From Camelus ferus (lineage: Eukaryota), in the NCBI RefSeq assembly GCF_009834535.1, contig NC_045697.1:39992001-40056000 (forward strand): a stretch of 64,000 nt of DNA. Direction: 5' to 3'. Within the stretch, counting starts at the first letter, position 1, and each line of letters opens with the position of its first letter. The notes beneath the pieces are model-generated. The model was not told the origin of the DNA. It did no database searches and saw nothing but the letters and a program-made list of their open reading frames with translations. The translations under genes were made by a program, and so were the position numbers. This document shows positions 1-12,717 of this stretch, piece after piece.

Positions 1-699
1 CATTTTATTATTATCTCTATTTTATGTGGGAAAACAGAAGCTCTGAGAAGTTAAATGACTTAACCAAGAACAATCAGCTGTAAATGGTGAAGTCAAGAAA
101 GAAAAGCAAGTCCATCTGGCCTGGAACCTGGCTTAGTCCACTTTAACATTAGGCAGGACAGTCTGTAAGGGAATGCCAGGAGCCACTGGCAGAATGGGGC
201 AAAAGCTGGGGTTGTGGGTAGATTTACTTTAAGGAGACCATGTACACAGCTGGGATAGTAGAAAAGCAGGGGTTGGGGGGGTGGCGCGCCCACCAAGAGC
301 CATTATGGAATCAATGGTTCAACTTCAGTTTACAGCAAGACCAACCATTTTTCATTTCAGGGAGCCAAGATTTAAATCCTGTTCTTGGGAAACCACCCTT
401 GGCTACTGACCCTTGAAACAGTCAAGAAATTAGCTCATCTCAGGATTTGGCAATAATCTTGCAACCTCCATTATCCTATTGATAAGGTTTGGCTTATCTA
501 GCTCTAGACAATCTGATACAATCTCCCATTCAAGGCAAAAATCTCTACTACAGACTTATGGGTGAATTTTTTTCATCTTTACTAGCTCTGTAAATTCTGA
601 CCTTTAATGACTCATAGGAGGAGGAGCCTGCAGGCATAGGGATAACTGCCAATCTTTTTGGAGTGGGCTATCTTTTTATCTGAATGTATAACTATTATT

Positions 700-875
700 T
701 TTTGTAATCAAATAGCTTTTATTTCAGAATGCAAGGATATTTCAGTAGCAGAAAATTTATCAACCTAATTCATTGCATCAACAAGCTAAAAAGAAAAAGA
801 AATATCATATTAACAGATACTAAATAAGCACCTGATACAATTCAGAGGCCATTCCTGGTATAAAACTATTTGAAT
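700..875 (+). mobile_element. Old LINE-1 ORF2 fragment
   Basis: Degenerate similarity to the L1 ORF2 segment (gaatgcaaggat...catcaacaagctaaaaagaaaa...); boundaries approximate. Confidence 0.45.
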
Positions 876-889
876 GTATTATTGCAAAA

Positions 890-1450
890 TATATTATTTT
901 ATGTGTGTACATTTTAAATTTATGGAAACAGTATTATATATCTCCTTCGGGTGTTTATGTTTTTTCACTGAGCACTTGGTATTTAAATGAGTCAGCCATG
1001 CAGCTTTACCCACGTCTATCTAACCTGATGCTCCTCACAGAGCCATTAGACTCCATCATATGGATCACATGTTACCTGTCTACTGGCCCAGGGATGAGCA
1101 TCCAGAGAGACTCCAACTCTCTTTCACCCTGGGCTGTGATGCCAGGAACATCTTTGCACCTATAACCACACAGACCCATGTGAAAATTCCTTTGGAATAT
1201 ATATACCAGGAGGAGGATTGCTGGATCGTAGAATATAAGTCTTCTTCACTGGACTAGATTATGACAGAGTCCTCTCCAGAACGGCGGCACCAGGTTAGCT
1301 GCCCGCCAGCAGTGGAGGAGAGCACATTCCTCTTTTCTCTTGGCAGGATCCAAATTTCTGATTTCTTTTGGTCAGCTTGAAAGATGTGAAGTGATATCCT
1401 TATGAATGTTTTGGTTTGCATTTCTCTGATTACTAGCGATTCATGTTTAT
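890..1450 (-). mobile_element. Old L1 (L1ME-like) fragment
   Basis: Antisense L1 3' motifs (tatataccaggaggaggattgctggatcgtag; tttgcatttctctgattactag). Confidence 0.5.
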
Positions 1451-1566
1451 ATTGAGTGACTAACTCCTAGTAAAGTTGATGAACCAATGAGAAGGGTCAG
1501 ATTGATCCTGCTGCTTCTGGTGCCTCTCACACACCTTGTCCTGTTCCCTGGGTAGGCCAGTACCAT

Positions 1567-1731
1567 TTTTTTTTTAATTCTTTTTTTTTTTAACACAGCA
1601 TTCTTTTCTTGGGCAGGGGGGATAATTAGGTTTATTTATTTACTTATTTATTTTTATAGGAGGTCCTGGGATTAAACCTAGGACCTTGTGCATGCTGAGC
1701 ACACACTCTACCACTGAGCTCTGCCCTTCCC
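1567..1731 (-). mobile_element. tRNA-derived SINE (camelid vic-1-like)
   Basis: Reverse complement gives a GGGAAGGGCAGAGCTCAGTGGTAGAGTGTGTGCTCAGCATGCACAAGGTCCTAGGTTTAATCCCAGGACCTCC head plus a (TAAA)n/A-rich tail. Confidence 0.8.
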
Positions 1732-1739
1732 TCATACCA

Positions 1740-2665
1740 TTTTTTAAGCAGCCTGATTGAGATATAATTCAATACCATATAATTCACTCTTTTAAAATGC
1801 ACAATTCAGTGGTTTTTTAATATATTCACAGAGTTGTGCAACCATCACCTGCCATCACTTTCAGAACACTTTTATCAGCATCCCCAAAGAAACCCTGTAT
1901 CCATTAGCATTCATTCTCGATTGTTCCCCCAAACTCTCAAACCACTCAGTTTTCAGCAACCATGAAGCTATTTTCTGTCTATATAGATCTGACTATTCCG
2001 GACATTTCTTATAAATAGAATCACACAACACATGGTCTTTGGAGACTGGCCTCTTTTACTTAGCATAATGTTTTTGAGGTTCATCCATGTCATATCATGT
2101 ATCAGTGCTCTATTTCTTTTTACTGCTGAATAACACCCCATTGTATGGCTGTCCCACATTTTCTTTATCTACTCATCAGTTGATGGACATTTGGGTTATT
2201 TCCACTTTTTGGCTATTATGAAGGATGCTGCTACGTACATGCACATACATGGTCTGTGTGGATGTGTTTTAATTTCTTTTGTGTATGTATCTAGGAACTG
2301 CTGGGTCAAATGGTAACTCTATGTTTAATATTTTTAGCAATTGCCAAAAAATTCCATAGTGGCTGCACAATTTTATATTCTCACCAGCAATGCATGAAGG
2401 TTCAAATTTTTCTACATCCTTGTCTACACTTGTTATTGTCCATCTTTGTTATTATAGCCATCCTAGTGGGTGGGAAGTGGCATCTTATCGTGGTATTGAT
2501 TAGCATTTCCCTAATGACTAATGGTGTTGGGCATCTTTTCCTGTGCTTGTAGATTATTAGTATATCTTCTTTGGAGAAATATCTATTTGGACCTTTTGCC
2601 CATGCTTAAATTGGGTTGTCTTTTATTACTGAGTTGTAAGAGTTCTTTATATATTCTGAATGCAA
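1740..2665 (-). mobile_element. L1 3' end (L1MB-like)
   Basis: Typical antisense L1 3'UTR/ORF2-end text (catcagttgatggacatttgggttatttccac; ORF fragment MGCYSAVKRN...WMNLKNIMLS). Confidence 0.85.
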
Positions 2666-2684
2666 ATGATCCAGCAGCTCCAAG

Positions 2685-3579
2685 GTATACACCTGAGAGT
2701 TTTTTCTCACAACACTCCTAACACCAAATGTAAGGATTTTTTTTTTCCCCACACCAACCAGTTCCTCAACTCTCTGAACACCGAATAGGTGTCCTACAAT
2801 TCAATTCAATTTCTTTTTTTTTTTTTTTTAGGTTTATTTATTTATTTAACAGAAGTACTGGGAAGTGAACCCAGGACTTCGTGCATGCTACTCACACACT
2901 CCACCACTGAGCTATACCCTCCTCCTCTCAGTTCAATTCTGACACTAATTACCTGGAGTTAGCACAGTCCCATAAGCCTGTCCCCACCTCAGGTTGTCAC
3001 CTGTACTTCTGATCAACCAGTTACAAATCGAGGTCCCTTTGACCTACCCTCCCAGGTTTGGTAGTTTGCTAGAATGACTCATGGAACCCAGGAAAAATTT
3101 AGTTACTGCTATTGATTTATTATAAGGATACAACTCAGGAATGGAGAAATGGTCAAACAGAAGAAAGAGATGCACAGAGTAGGGCAGTGGGGAAGGGGTG
3201 CAGAGCCTCCATGTGCCCTCTGGGATGTGCCACCCTCCCAGCACCTCCATGTGTTCACCAACTCAGACACTCCCGGAACCCCGTCGTGTAGGGGTGTTCA
3301 TGGAGGTTTTGTTACGTAGGCGTGACCGATTAAATCATGGTCATTTGTGATGAGCTCAATTCCTGGAGGTTGGAAATAGGACCGAAAGTTCTAAACCTAT
3401 AATCAAATCTTGGTCTTTCTGACAACCAGCCCCTCTCCTGAAGCAATCTAGGGGCCCGGCAAGAGTCACCTCATTAGGATAGAAGATATTCCTATTGCTC
3501 AGGAAATTCCAAGGGATTTAGGAGCTCTGTGTCAGGAACTGGGGACAAAGACCAAGTATGTATTTCTTATGGTATCACA
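2685..3579 (-). mobile_element. MER21-like solo LTR interrupted by a SINE
   Basis: Similarity to the MER21 consensus as recalled (ctgacactaattacctggagttag...tttgctagaatgactcatggaacccaggaaa...ggggacaaagaccaagtatgtatttcttatggtatcaca). Confidence 0.65.
2813..2922 (-). mobile_element. tRNA-derived SINE (vic-1-like)
   Basis: Same SINE head (ccactgagctataccctcc on + strand) with a T-rich tail. Confidence 0.8.
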
Positions 3580-4524
3580 GGTAGTCGTAGAATGGATTAA
3601 AGAGGAGTAGAAGAAAGAAAACAAATTCTAGGTTGGTTATCAATTCCATTTAATTCATTTCCCACACTAATAAACACTACCTATCTGAACGCTATTCTAA
3701 GCCCATAGAGAAACTTCAAGAAGCTTACAACCCTAACACAAATGAGTGGGATAGAGACTGCTAAGACTGCAAAATATCAGAAGCGAGAAATGTTTGATAC
3801 AATTTCGGTGTCTCTGAAGCCTAGCAAGTGTCTGGCACAGTAGCTATTCCACAAACATTTATTCAATATAACTAAACTGAGATAAGGAAGTAACTAAAAG
3901 ACAGGGCAGAAAACATAAAGTGACACAAAAGTACAGGCATCTCTCCTGCTCCAGCTGTCCGCACCAGTCCTTGAGTTTAGATAGAGGCAGAAGATAGAAA
4001 AAGGGGTAGGGGGGTGGCAAATGTGAAAGAAATGAAGAGAGATGAAAGAAGGACTTTAAACACAGATCAAGGACACCAGTGGTCAGATGAAGACACATGG
4101 AGGGGAAAACCAGTTAGATATTTGCTCTCAGGGATTTAGAATTTTTAAAAGGACTCTTGCAGAGATAATCAGGCTGAGCTCTTTTGGCACCAACAATTAA
4201 GGCTTCAGTGGATCTCAGGGTTTTTATCAGCCTTACTGTTCTGTGCCACACAAAGTGTGAAGTAAAGAACAGCAAACACTGAAGGTTATAACTGGCCGAA
4301 ATTGCTGAAGAGAAAAGGAACAGAAACCATGTCATGAAGTGAGAACAGAAGTATTCAGGTTAATTTTAAGTTCTATTGTCTTTTCTGCTTCCCTGACTCA
4401 GAGAGGAACTCACTAATGTCCCTTAGAATTTTCTGATAGTGGCCAACTTCACATGGTATTTGCTTGATGCGGGTTCCCACAGAGCAGTCCTCAATGCAAC
4501 AGAGGCTTTACAAGGAAAGGAAGG

Positions 4525-4920
4525 ATTTATTCATTCATTCATGCATTCACTTAACAAATATATTTGGAGTAACTGGCTCTGTTCTCAGTGCTAGGGATAT
4601 TACAATTTAAACAAAAATCCACCTCACACAGAGCTAACAGTCTGGGGAATGACAGACAGAAACGAATGGATGAATAAGTAAACATCTGAGGAGTTGATAA
4701 ATGCTCTGAAGATGGGGCTGGGCAGGGTGACAGATGGTGAGGGACAGCTATTTTAGGTGGGTGATCAGGGAAGGCCCCTCTAATACTCTGCTGAGTGATC
4801 AGAGAGCTGATGAAGGGAGAGAGTAGTCCCTCAGACTGTCTCCCGTGGACGCCAGGGTGGCAGAGCATAGCTACCCTGGGGAGAGGGGAAGATGGGGTCA
4901 GACCGGGAGCCAGGAATACA
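4525..4920 (-). mobile_element. LINE-2 3' fragment
   Basis: (ttca)n terminus followed by acaaatatatttg...tcagggaaggcccctct, typical antisense L2. Confidence 0.65.
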
Positions 4921-5789
4921 TAGATGACATCATTTATATGAACACACACATTTTGTATTCCTGGCTTCCTGTTTTATTTCATGCTTCATATGACCAGCTT
5001 GAGCTTTCCAATCATGTTATACCCTGTTTGTAATTCCTCCAACATGCTGTATTTTAAAGAGATGACTTGCATTTTCCAAAGGAAGTCTGGCCCTTTAAAT
5101 TTTATGTCACAGACTGAGATTTTTTTATATGTATTTTTCTAGAAAAAGATTCAGGGGTGTGTAGCAGCTACCATATGGCTTAGCAATTCCACTCATAGAC
5201 ATAAGCCAAAAATAATGTGTCTGCACAAAACTTGCACACAAAAACTTGCACATGAATGTCCATAGCAGCATTATTCATAATTGTCCCAAAGTGGAAACAA
5301 CCTAACTGTCTATCACCTGACGAGGGAATAAACAAACTGGTATCTATCATCTTAAAAACTTGAAATTGTAAAATAGAACCTTACAAAATGTGTAAGTGAT
5401 CATTTGTCTGCAACAAATGTCAAAAACTTGATTTCTCACAGCAGAGTCGTCTCAGTAGTTGTACTTCTTACAAGGTGGCAGGCATCCAAGAGGCAGGACC
5501 TGGAAGCTGCCAGCCCTCTAAAAGGTTAGGAGTTGACACCATGGTTCTTCCCTGTATTTTATTGGTCAGAGCAGTCCTGGGCCAGCCCACATTCAAGGGT
5601 GTGCAGAAATAGATGCTACTTCATGACAGAGCAATAGCAAGTGGGTCCAGGAGAGGAAGAATTGGAGATAAACTATCATAAAGACAGAATGGGTTGGGGA
5701 GCCAGAAAACAGATTTAAAATGTCAGAAGCCACTAACAACCAAAGATCAATCTATATTACTTTAAATAATTAAAATTCAGATATTATAC

Positions 5790-6680
5790 ACTGTAGTGGA
5801 TTGATTTGTTGGTCTCAGTTCTCCACATACTTATCTGATGCAGAGTATATTTCTCTGACCTTTGACTCTGGGCTTAGATACATGTATTATTTATCTACTG
5901 TTGCATACTAAGCTACTTCCAAACTTAGTGGCCTAAAATAGCTTTGTAACAACTCTGTGGGTTGGATAGGGGGTTCTTACGCTGCCCTTACCTGGCTTTA
6001 CTCATGGACTTACATTCAGTTGGATAGACAGCCTGGGGGCTGAGCTAGGGCAGCTGGGATGGCAGGGCCTCTCCCCACATGGGCTTTCATGCACAACGAG
6101 GCTCAGCTGAGCTGGGCTTCCTCCTCCCAACGTGCTGGCCGCAGCCCTCCAAGAGGGTGAGCACACTTTAGACCAAGGCTCACAAGTCATAGAACTTCAC
6201 TTCTACCACATTTTCTCAGTCAAGCAAGTCACAAGCCCATCTTCAAGAGGTAAAGATTATGTGTGGGAAATAAACTCTGCCTCTTGATGGGAGGAGGTAA
6301 AAATAATATATAGTTGGGTTGAATCTACTATACCATATGACTGTTTGGGCCAATGGCATGGAACCCACAGTGACCATGTGCCAGTTCCAAGCCTTAGCCT
6401 GAAGAATCCTTGAGTGTTTCATCTTCTTGTGCTTCTGCCATCATCAAGAAAAGAACAAGCCTTGGGTACCCTCTTGCCCAAGAATGAGAGACACTCAGAC
6501 CAGAGCTGATCCAGCCAACCTGCCATCCTGCAGTGAGAGGCCAAGCTGCCCAGCTGAGCCAAACTTAGGTCAGCTGAACCCGAGCCACCCTGGAGAAGCA
6601 AGGACATAAGATGGTGGTTTTTAAGCCAATGAGTATTAGGGTGACTTGTCATGCAGCAATCACTGATATATTGGGCAATT
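5790..6680. mobile_element. Nested MLT1 (MaLR) LTR fragments
   Basis: MLT1-like motifs (aaacttagtggcctaaaa; ggttgtttttaagcca-like; gcagcaatcactgata); boundaries approximate. Confidence 0.55.
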
Positions 6681-6757
6681 TTTAAGAGCAAATATTTGCA
6701 AATGTTTGTGAATAAAATCTATATCATGTCTTATATTTGCTTCTAGCTGTATATGCC

Positions 6758-6785
6758 TGTGTGTGTGTGTGTGTGTGTGTGTGTG
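6758..6785. repeat. (TG)14 microsatellite
   Basis: Direct read. Confidence 0.95.
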
Positions 6786-7021
6786 ACTTTGAGAGGCTCC
6801 TTTAGTTAAAGGCAGTAGAAAAAAAACGGGTACATTTTGGGAAGTATCATTAGAGTTTCCACTAAAAGCAGCACTTTCAGAAACAAAACCATCATCAAAA
6901 ATGAGAGTATTTATTCATCAAATATTTACTGAGTGACTAATATGCGTAAAATACTATGCCAGTGAACATAGTATCTACAGTGATAAATACGTGTTTGTTA
7001 TGATCAGATTTGGCAGCCCAT

Positions 7022-7658
7022 CTAATTCGAAAAGATACACGCAATCCAATGTTCATAGCAGCATTATTTACAATAGCCAAGACATGGAAACAACCTAAAT
7101 GTCCATCAATAGATGACAGATAAAGATCTTGTGGTATATATATAGTGGAATACTACTCAGCCATAAAAAATTATAAAATAATGCCATTTGCAGCAACATG
7201 GATGGACCTAGAGATTGTCATTCTAAGTGAAGTAAGCCAGAAAGAGAAAGAAAAATACCATATCAATACGTGGAATCTAAAAAAATGACACAAATGAACT
7301 TATTTACAAAACAGAAACAAACTCACAGACATAAAAACAAACTTATGGCTACCAGTGGAAAAAGGGGGTGGGAAGGGATAAATTGGGAGTTCAAAATCTG
7401 CAGATACAACTACTATAAATAAAATAGATAAACAACAAGTTTCTACTGTATAGCTCATATTCAGTATCTTATAGTAACCTATAATGAAAAGGAATATATG
7501 TATGTACATGTATGACTGAAACATTATGCTGTACTCCAGAAACCGACACAACATTGTGAACTGACTACACTTCAATTCAAAATAAATTTTAAAAATCGAA
7601 ATCAGACCAAACAGACCAAAACAAAATAAAAATTACTTCCTAAAAAAAATAGAATAAA
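7022..7658 (+). mobile_element. 5'-truncated lineage-specific L1 3' end with TSD, inserted in an MLT1 element
   Basis: L1 ORF2 end/3'UTR plus A-rich tail; flanked by atttggcagc(c/t)cat at 7008-7021 and 7659-7672. Confidence 0.9.
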
Positions 7659-8949
7659 ATTTGGCAGCTCATAACAGAAAGACCCCAAGTTACAGCAACT
7701 GAAAGGCTATTAAGGTTTCTCTCTCATACAAAAGAAGTCGAGAGGTGGGCATTCCAAGGCTGTTACGGTTGCTCCTTGTTCACCAAAGATCCAACCTCCT
7801 ATCTTACTGCTCTGCCATCTGTACCATGTCATGTCACGATCCAAGATGATTCTTAAGTTCCAGCCATCATGTCCATAGTCCAGGAAAGGAGAACAATAGA
7901 AGGGCATGCCTCCCCACATGTTTCCAATTACATCTTATGGCATGAATTTAGCAGCAAAACCACACTAATTATAAGGGAGGCTAGGAAATAATCTTTAACT
8001 TTCGCCATCAGTATGCCCAAATAAAAATCCATTGTCTATTACTAAGGAGGAAGGGTAGAATGGGTATTTAATTGGGCATCTAGCTGTCTCTGCCACAATA
8101 CATAATGGATCTTACCTCCTGGGAGCAACTGTATTTAGTTTCTCAGTAATGACTATACTAGTAAATGTACTTTTCTATCTAACAGGACTTTTCAATCCTA
8201 ATCTATCCATTCCTATTGTCAGCACTTTTGTTAACGTTTTTGGTATTTCTTATTTTACTTATATATATCTATATATTTATATCTATATAGATATCAATAT
8301 CATGATTTTTCATGTTCATTCATGTTCACTGCCTACACAGCTAGGATTTATAAATTCCTCGAAGACAGAGAACATTTCTATATATATTAATACCTATCTA
8401 TATCTATCCACAGAACTCACTGTGGCTGCTAAATGGTGACTGAAGTCAATTTTTAAGACAGTCCACCTTGCCTCACAATCCTTCTTCTGGAAAATACATT
8501 AATAAAGAAGTTCCTAATATAAATTCCAGTCCTGTATTATTTATGGAACATGTCTTGATCTTTCAAGGTCAAGTGGATATCCACTTCATCTTGTTAGACC
8601 TCTGGTGGATGAATAACTCTCTTCTGGTACCAAGAAAGCAGTGGGTCACCATGTATTCTGAACCCCATGAAGCACTGTCAGCCTTACATGTAAGTCAAGT
8701 GGAAAAGTCCTTAAACAATATTATTGAGACTCTTTGGTCAATATTCCCCCATTACTCTGTCAAAGACCTCTGGAATTCTCCCAGTAGAAATTCTCCCATT
8801 AGAATTCTCCAACTTATTTGTGTTAAGCAGCAGCTATGTTCTCATTAAATGCATGGAGGGTTACCTTTATATGCTGTTCATCAGTCATTCACATTTTAGA
8901 GTGTTTTGGGAAAGAAGACACTGTCTTGGATTTCGTACAATGGCCAGTA

Positions 8950-10710
8950 TCCCCAATCCATTGACCCTGACAGCTTTTTAATTTCCATGGCACCACTCAG
9001 GCTGTCTCTTCTCTGTTTATCGCATTTGGATTCCAGGGTCCATTGCTATAGTTTCTCACCTCTCTTGCCCCTCTCCTGCTTTATTATGACCCTTGTAACG
9101 AAATCTTAACCTGGTCAAGTCTAACTCTTCATGTGATCTGCATGCGCACCCTAGGAGCTGACTATGGCTGGAGAAAGACAATGCAGGCTAACTGGTCTCA
9201 CACCAAGTTCATAAACCTAAGCTCGAGTGCGTCCTCAGAGCTGTCCAACCATCCTGCTGTCTCACCTGAGTCCTCCAATTCCTCCCCCATACTACATACT
9301 GATTTGGTCCTTTTCTTCTTCCCTTCTTTCCTTTTTTTGCAAGTCAGTTTTTCATTCCCTTCATAAATTATCCTCATCAGCATGCATACATTCTATAGTA
9401 TTTCCCATTAAAAAAAGATGCTCCTTTATTACTTCCTCATTCCTATGTCCCACCTTAAAACAAAACCCCTCAAGTGCTTTCAGATTGTTTACTTCCTTAC
9501 TCCTCAGTCTCTCTTGAACTCATGCCAGTCAGGTTATGTGCCCCCATTCGCACTGACACTGCTCTTGTCTGGGCCTTCAATGACCTCTACGTGGCCAAGT
9601 CTAATCATCAATTCTTAGGCCTCATCTTACTTAATCTCTAACTACTACTTATACTCTCCTTCTGGAAATCTTTTTATTGCCTTTCTCTCCCTTTTTATTT
9701 TAGGTTTTCCTCCTACCTCATTGCTAATCCTTCTTAGTCTCCTTCGCCTGAAACTCTTCTTTTTTCCAACTTCTAAATTCTGCAAAATATGAGGGCTCTG
9801 ACCTCTAGCCTCCTCTCTTCTCCACCCATCTCACTCCCTAGATGATCTCATCCTTATGGCTTTAAATTCTATCCACACACTAATGACTGCTGAATCTGTG
9901 CCTCTCACCTTGACTCCTCCCTGGAACAACAGATAAATATATCTAAGTGCCTACACGAAAGCTTCATGACACGTTTACTAGGCACCACCAACTTAACATC
10001 CCCAAGATGAAACTCTTTATCCTCTTCCACCTCCACCTGGAGGATTTTAACAACTTTCCACCTAGTGTCCAAGTTGCTTCTCTTGCCTCCCTAGGGTTCA
10101 TTCTCTGCACAGCAACATGAGTGATCCTTTTTGATCACAATCAGTCCACCACCCTCACTCACTCTCTCTACCCCAGTCTTAAAGTCCAAATTCCTTTTCT
10201 TATCTGTCCTTTCCTTTTCTCTTATCTTGGTCTATAATGTCTTACAGACTCTGGCTTCTCTTTGACCTCATTTCTGCTTCATTTCACCCAAATTATGTTC
10301 CAGTCCTGCTGCCTTCCTTGTCAGTCTGCTGCAGGGCCTTTGTGCTTGCCCTGTTCTCTACCTGGAACATTTTTCCTCCAAATATATGCAGGTCTGTTTC
10401 CTCGCTTCATTATGGTTCCTGGCCCCAAGTGCCAGGCTTTCCCTGGCTCCCCACCCCCGCCCCAAATAGCATATATTGCCTTCTCTCTATCCCATTATTC
10501 ATCATTTTTCTACAGGCCATTCATTGCCCTAGATATCAAAGAGTATCTTTATCTGTTTTGACTTCTGTTCCTTTCTCTAGAGTGTATGTTCCACAAGGAC
10601 AGAAATTCTGTCTGTTTAGTTCACCGTTGTATCCCCAGCTCCTAGAATAGTTTCTGGTACCTCGAAGGATGCATGAAATAAATATGATTTGAATGAGTGA
10701 ACAATCATTT
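8950..10710 (+). mobile_element. LINE-2 fragments
   Basis: Pyrimidine-rich L2 text (ggctggagaaagac, cagggcctttgtgcttgc, terminal tgaatgagtga). Confidence 0.65.
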
Positions 10711-11682
10711 ACTGAACAAATAAGAGTTTTAATAGAGGAGAGGAGAAAGAAGAGAGACATTTTTGTGAGCAAGAGACAGGGTCAGAGACGAGCAAGCTCA
10801 GAACCAGGGAGGGTGTTCTAGGCAATGACAGGGAATCATAAAAATTCCTAACATTTACTAGGTTGTCTAGAGTCACCTCTCAGAATCTGCATTTAATTTT
10901 CAGGAAAATGAAGGGGAGAGGAAGAGGAGGAAACGAGTTCAAAGATGCCTCCCAGCTCTAAAATTCTTTGATCATATTGACTTCTGGACAGGCCTTACCT
11001 CTCCCAAGCTGTAAATGCAGTCAGGGAATTAAGAAGACAAAGGTGAAAGGTCCCTGGTGGCAAACATGACTCCATTATGATCCTTATCGACAGTAAACAG
11101 GACGCTCTCCCTTCTCGTGGGGCCCCAGTGGAAATCTCCTTCTGGAATAACACTTTCTGTATCAGTCACTTAAAAACAGACTGAAAGTACATTCCCCTAA
11201 TTCCAGTGTGGCGAGCCAACACAGCAAAATGGGCGATTTCTGTTGTATGTTTTTCTTTCAAATGCAGCTCTTGCAAGCAGACTAGTCTTAGGCAACTTCA
11301 CCCTTCAGTTTCAATTTATATTCTACTCTATCTGCTCATTTTCTCAGGGCTTCAGCGTGATGTGTTCACCCTTTTCACTGTCTCTAAACTCAGCAGGTCC
11401 CCAGTAGATGATACTATCTACTCCCTACCTGGTAAAACAGGAAATGCTCTTTTTCCTTCTTTCCATTTACTTTAGCTACAATCTATGCTCTTTCCTGGTG
11501 CATGAAGTAGTCAGAAACTTACGCTCATATGTACAGTTTATTTCACTTGTGGAATACATCAAAACAGAAAGCCAATTTTTCTTAAAGTAATTCGCAAAGC
11601 CAACTCCGGTTAAAGTCATTTAAAGTCTTCAAAATAGAGATGAGTAGGAATATCTTTAACATTGATGAACTATGTACAGAGA

Positions 11683-12220
11683 GACAGTGTGGTAAGGGGA
11701 TATGCTTTGGAGACTGAGGGTCCTGGGTTCAAATTCCTGCTATTCCACGCATTACTGTGTGGCTAGAGCAAATCATTAAACTCTCTGTGCCTCAAATTTT
11801 CCTCATCTGTAAAACAGGGATAACACTAGCTACATCAAAGGGCTACTGTGTGGACATGTGTAAGGTTCCTGTAAAAGGTGACTCCTAACAGATGTCAATG
11901 GCAGGCAAAGCTGTTTATGGGGGCAGGGGGAAGAACACATAAGGTATCAACGAGTTCAGTTTCACTTTTCTTTTTCTTGAGAAGTAAATAGCATAGGAGT
12001 TCAGAACATAAATTCTGAAGCCAGGCTGCAAAGATTCAAGTCCCAGCAAGCCAGTATTTACAAGCCACACAACCTCAGGCAAATCACTTAGTCTATCTGT
12101 GCCTCATCTTTAGAATCGGGAAGATAATAATAACCCTATCTGATAGGGTTGTTAAGATTAAATGAGCTGATACATGTAAAGAATTCAGTACCGTGCTTGG
12201 ACAGAATAAGAATTTGTATG
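11683..12220 (+). mobile_element. Two MIR SINE copies
   Basis: MIR core (ctgggttcaaattcctgct; tgtgcctca...tctgtaaaacagggata; aagattaaatgagctgatacatgtaaag). Confidence 0.7.
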
Positions 12221-12226
12221 GGTTAG

Positions 12227-12717
12227 TGTGATGGTTAATTTTATGTGTCAGTTTGATTAGGCCATGGTACCCAGATGTTTGATCAAACATAAATCTAGAT
12301 GTCTCTGTGAAGGTATTTTCAGATTGGATTAACATTTAAATCAGTAGGTTGAGTAAAGCAGATTACTCCCATAATGTGGGTGAGCCTCATCCAGGCATTA
12401 AAGGCCTTAAAGAAGAAGGGATTCTGCCTCCAGACTGCCTGGGGACTTGAGCTACAGCATTATCTCTTCCCTGGGTCTCCAGTCTGCCACTCTGCTGCAG
12501 GGCCTTTGTGCCTGCCCTTTCCTTTGCCTGGAATACTTTTTCTCCAAGTGTATGCATGGTCTGTTCTCTACCTTCAGATTTGGACTTGGCAGCCACCACA
12601 TCACATGAGCCAACTGCTTAAGTCTCAGTTTCTTTTTCTCCCTCTGTCTCTCTCTTTCTCTCCACACAACATACATACACATATACTATTCTTATTTCTC
12701 TGGAGAATCCTAAAACA
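12227..12717 (+). mobile_element. MLT2 (ERVL) solo LTR with 5-bp TSD
   Basis: Begins tgtgatggttaattttatgtgtca, ends ggagaatcctaaaaca; TSD gttag at 12222-12226 and 12718-12722. Confidence 0.85.

Noticed and set aside
8468..8848. 126-aa ORF in apparently unique sequence
   Set aside because: Non-ATG start, no recognisable homology and no supporting splice structure
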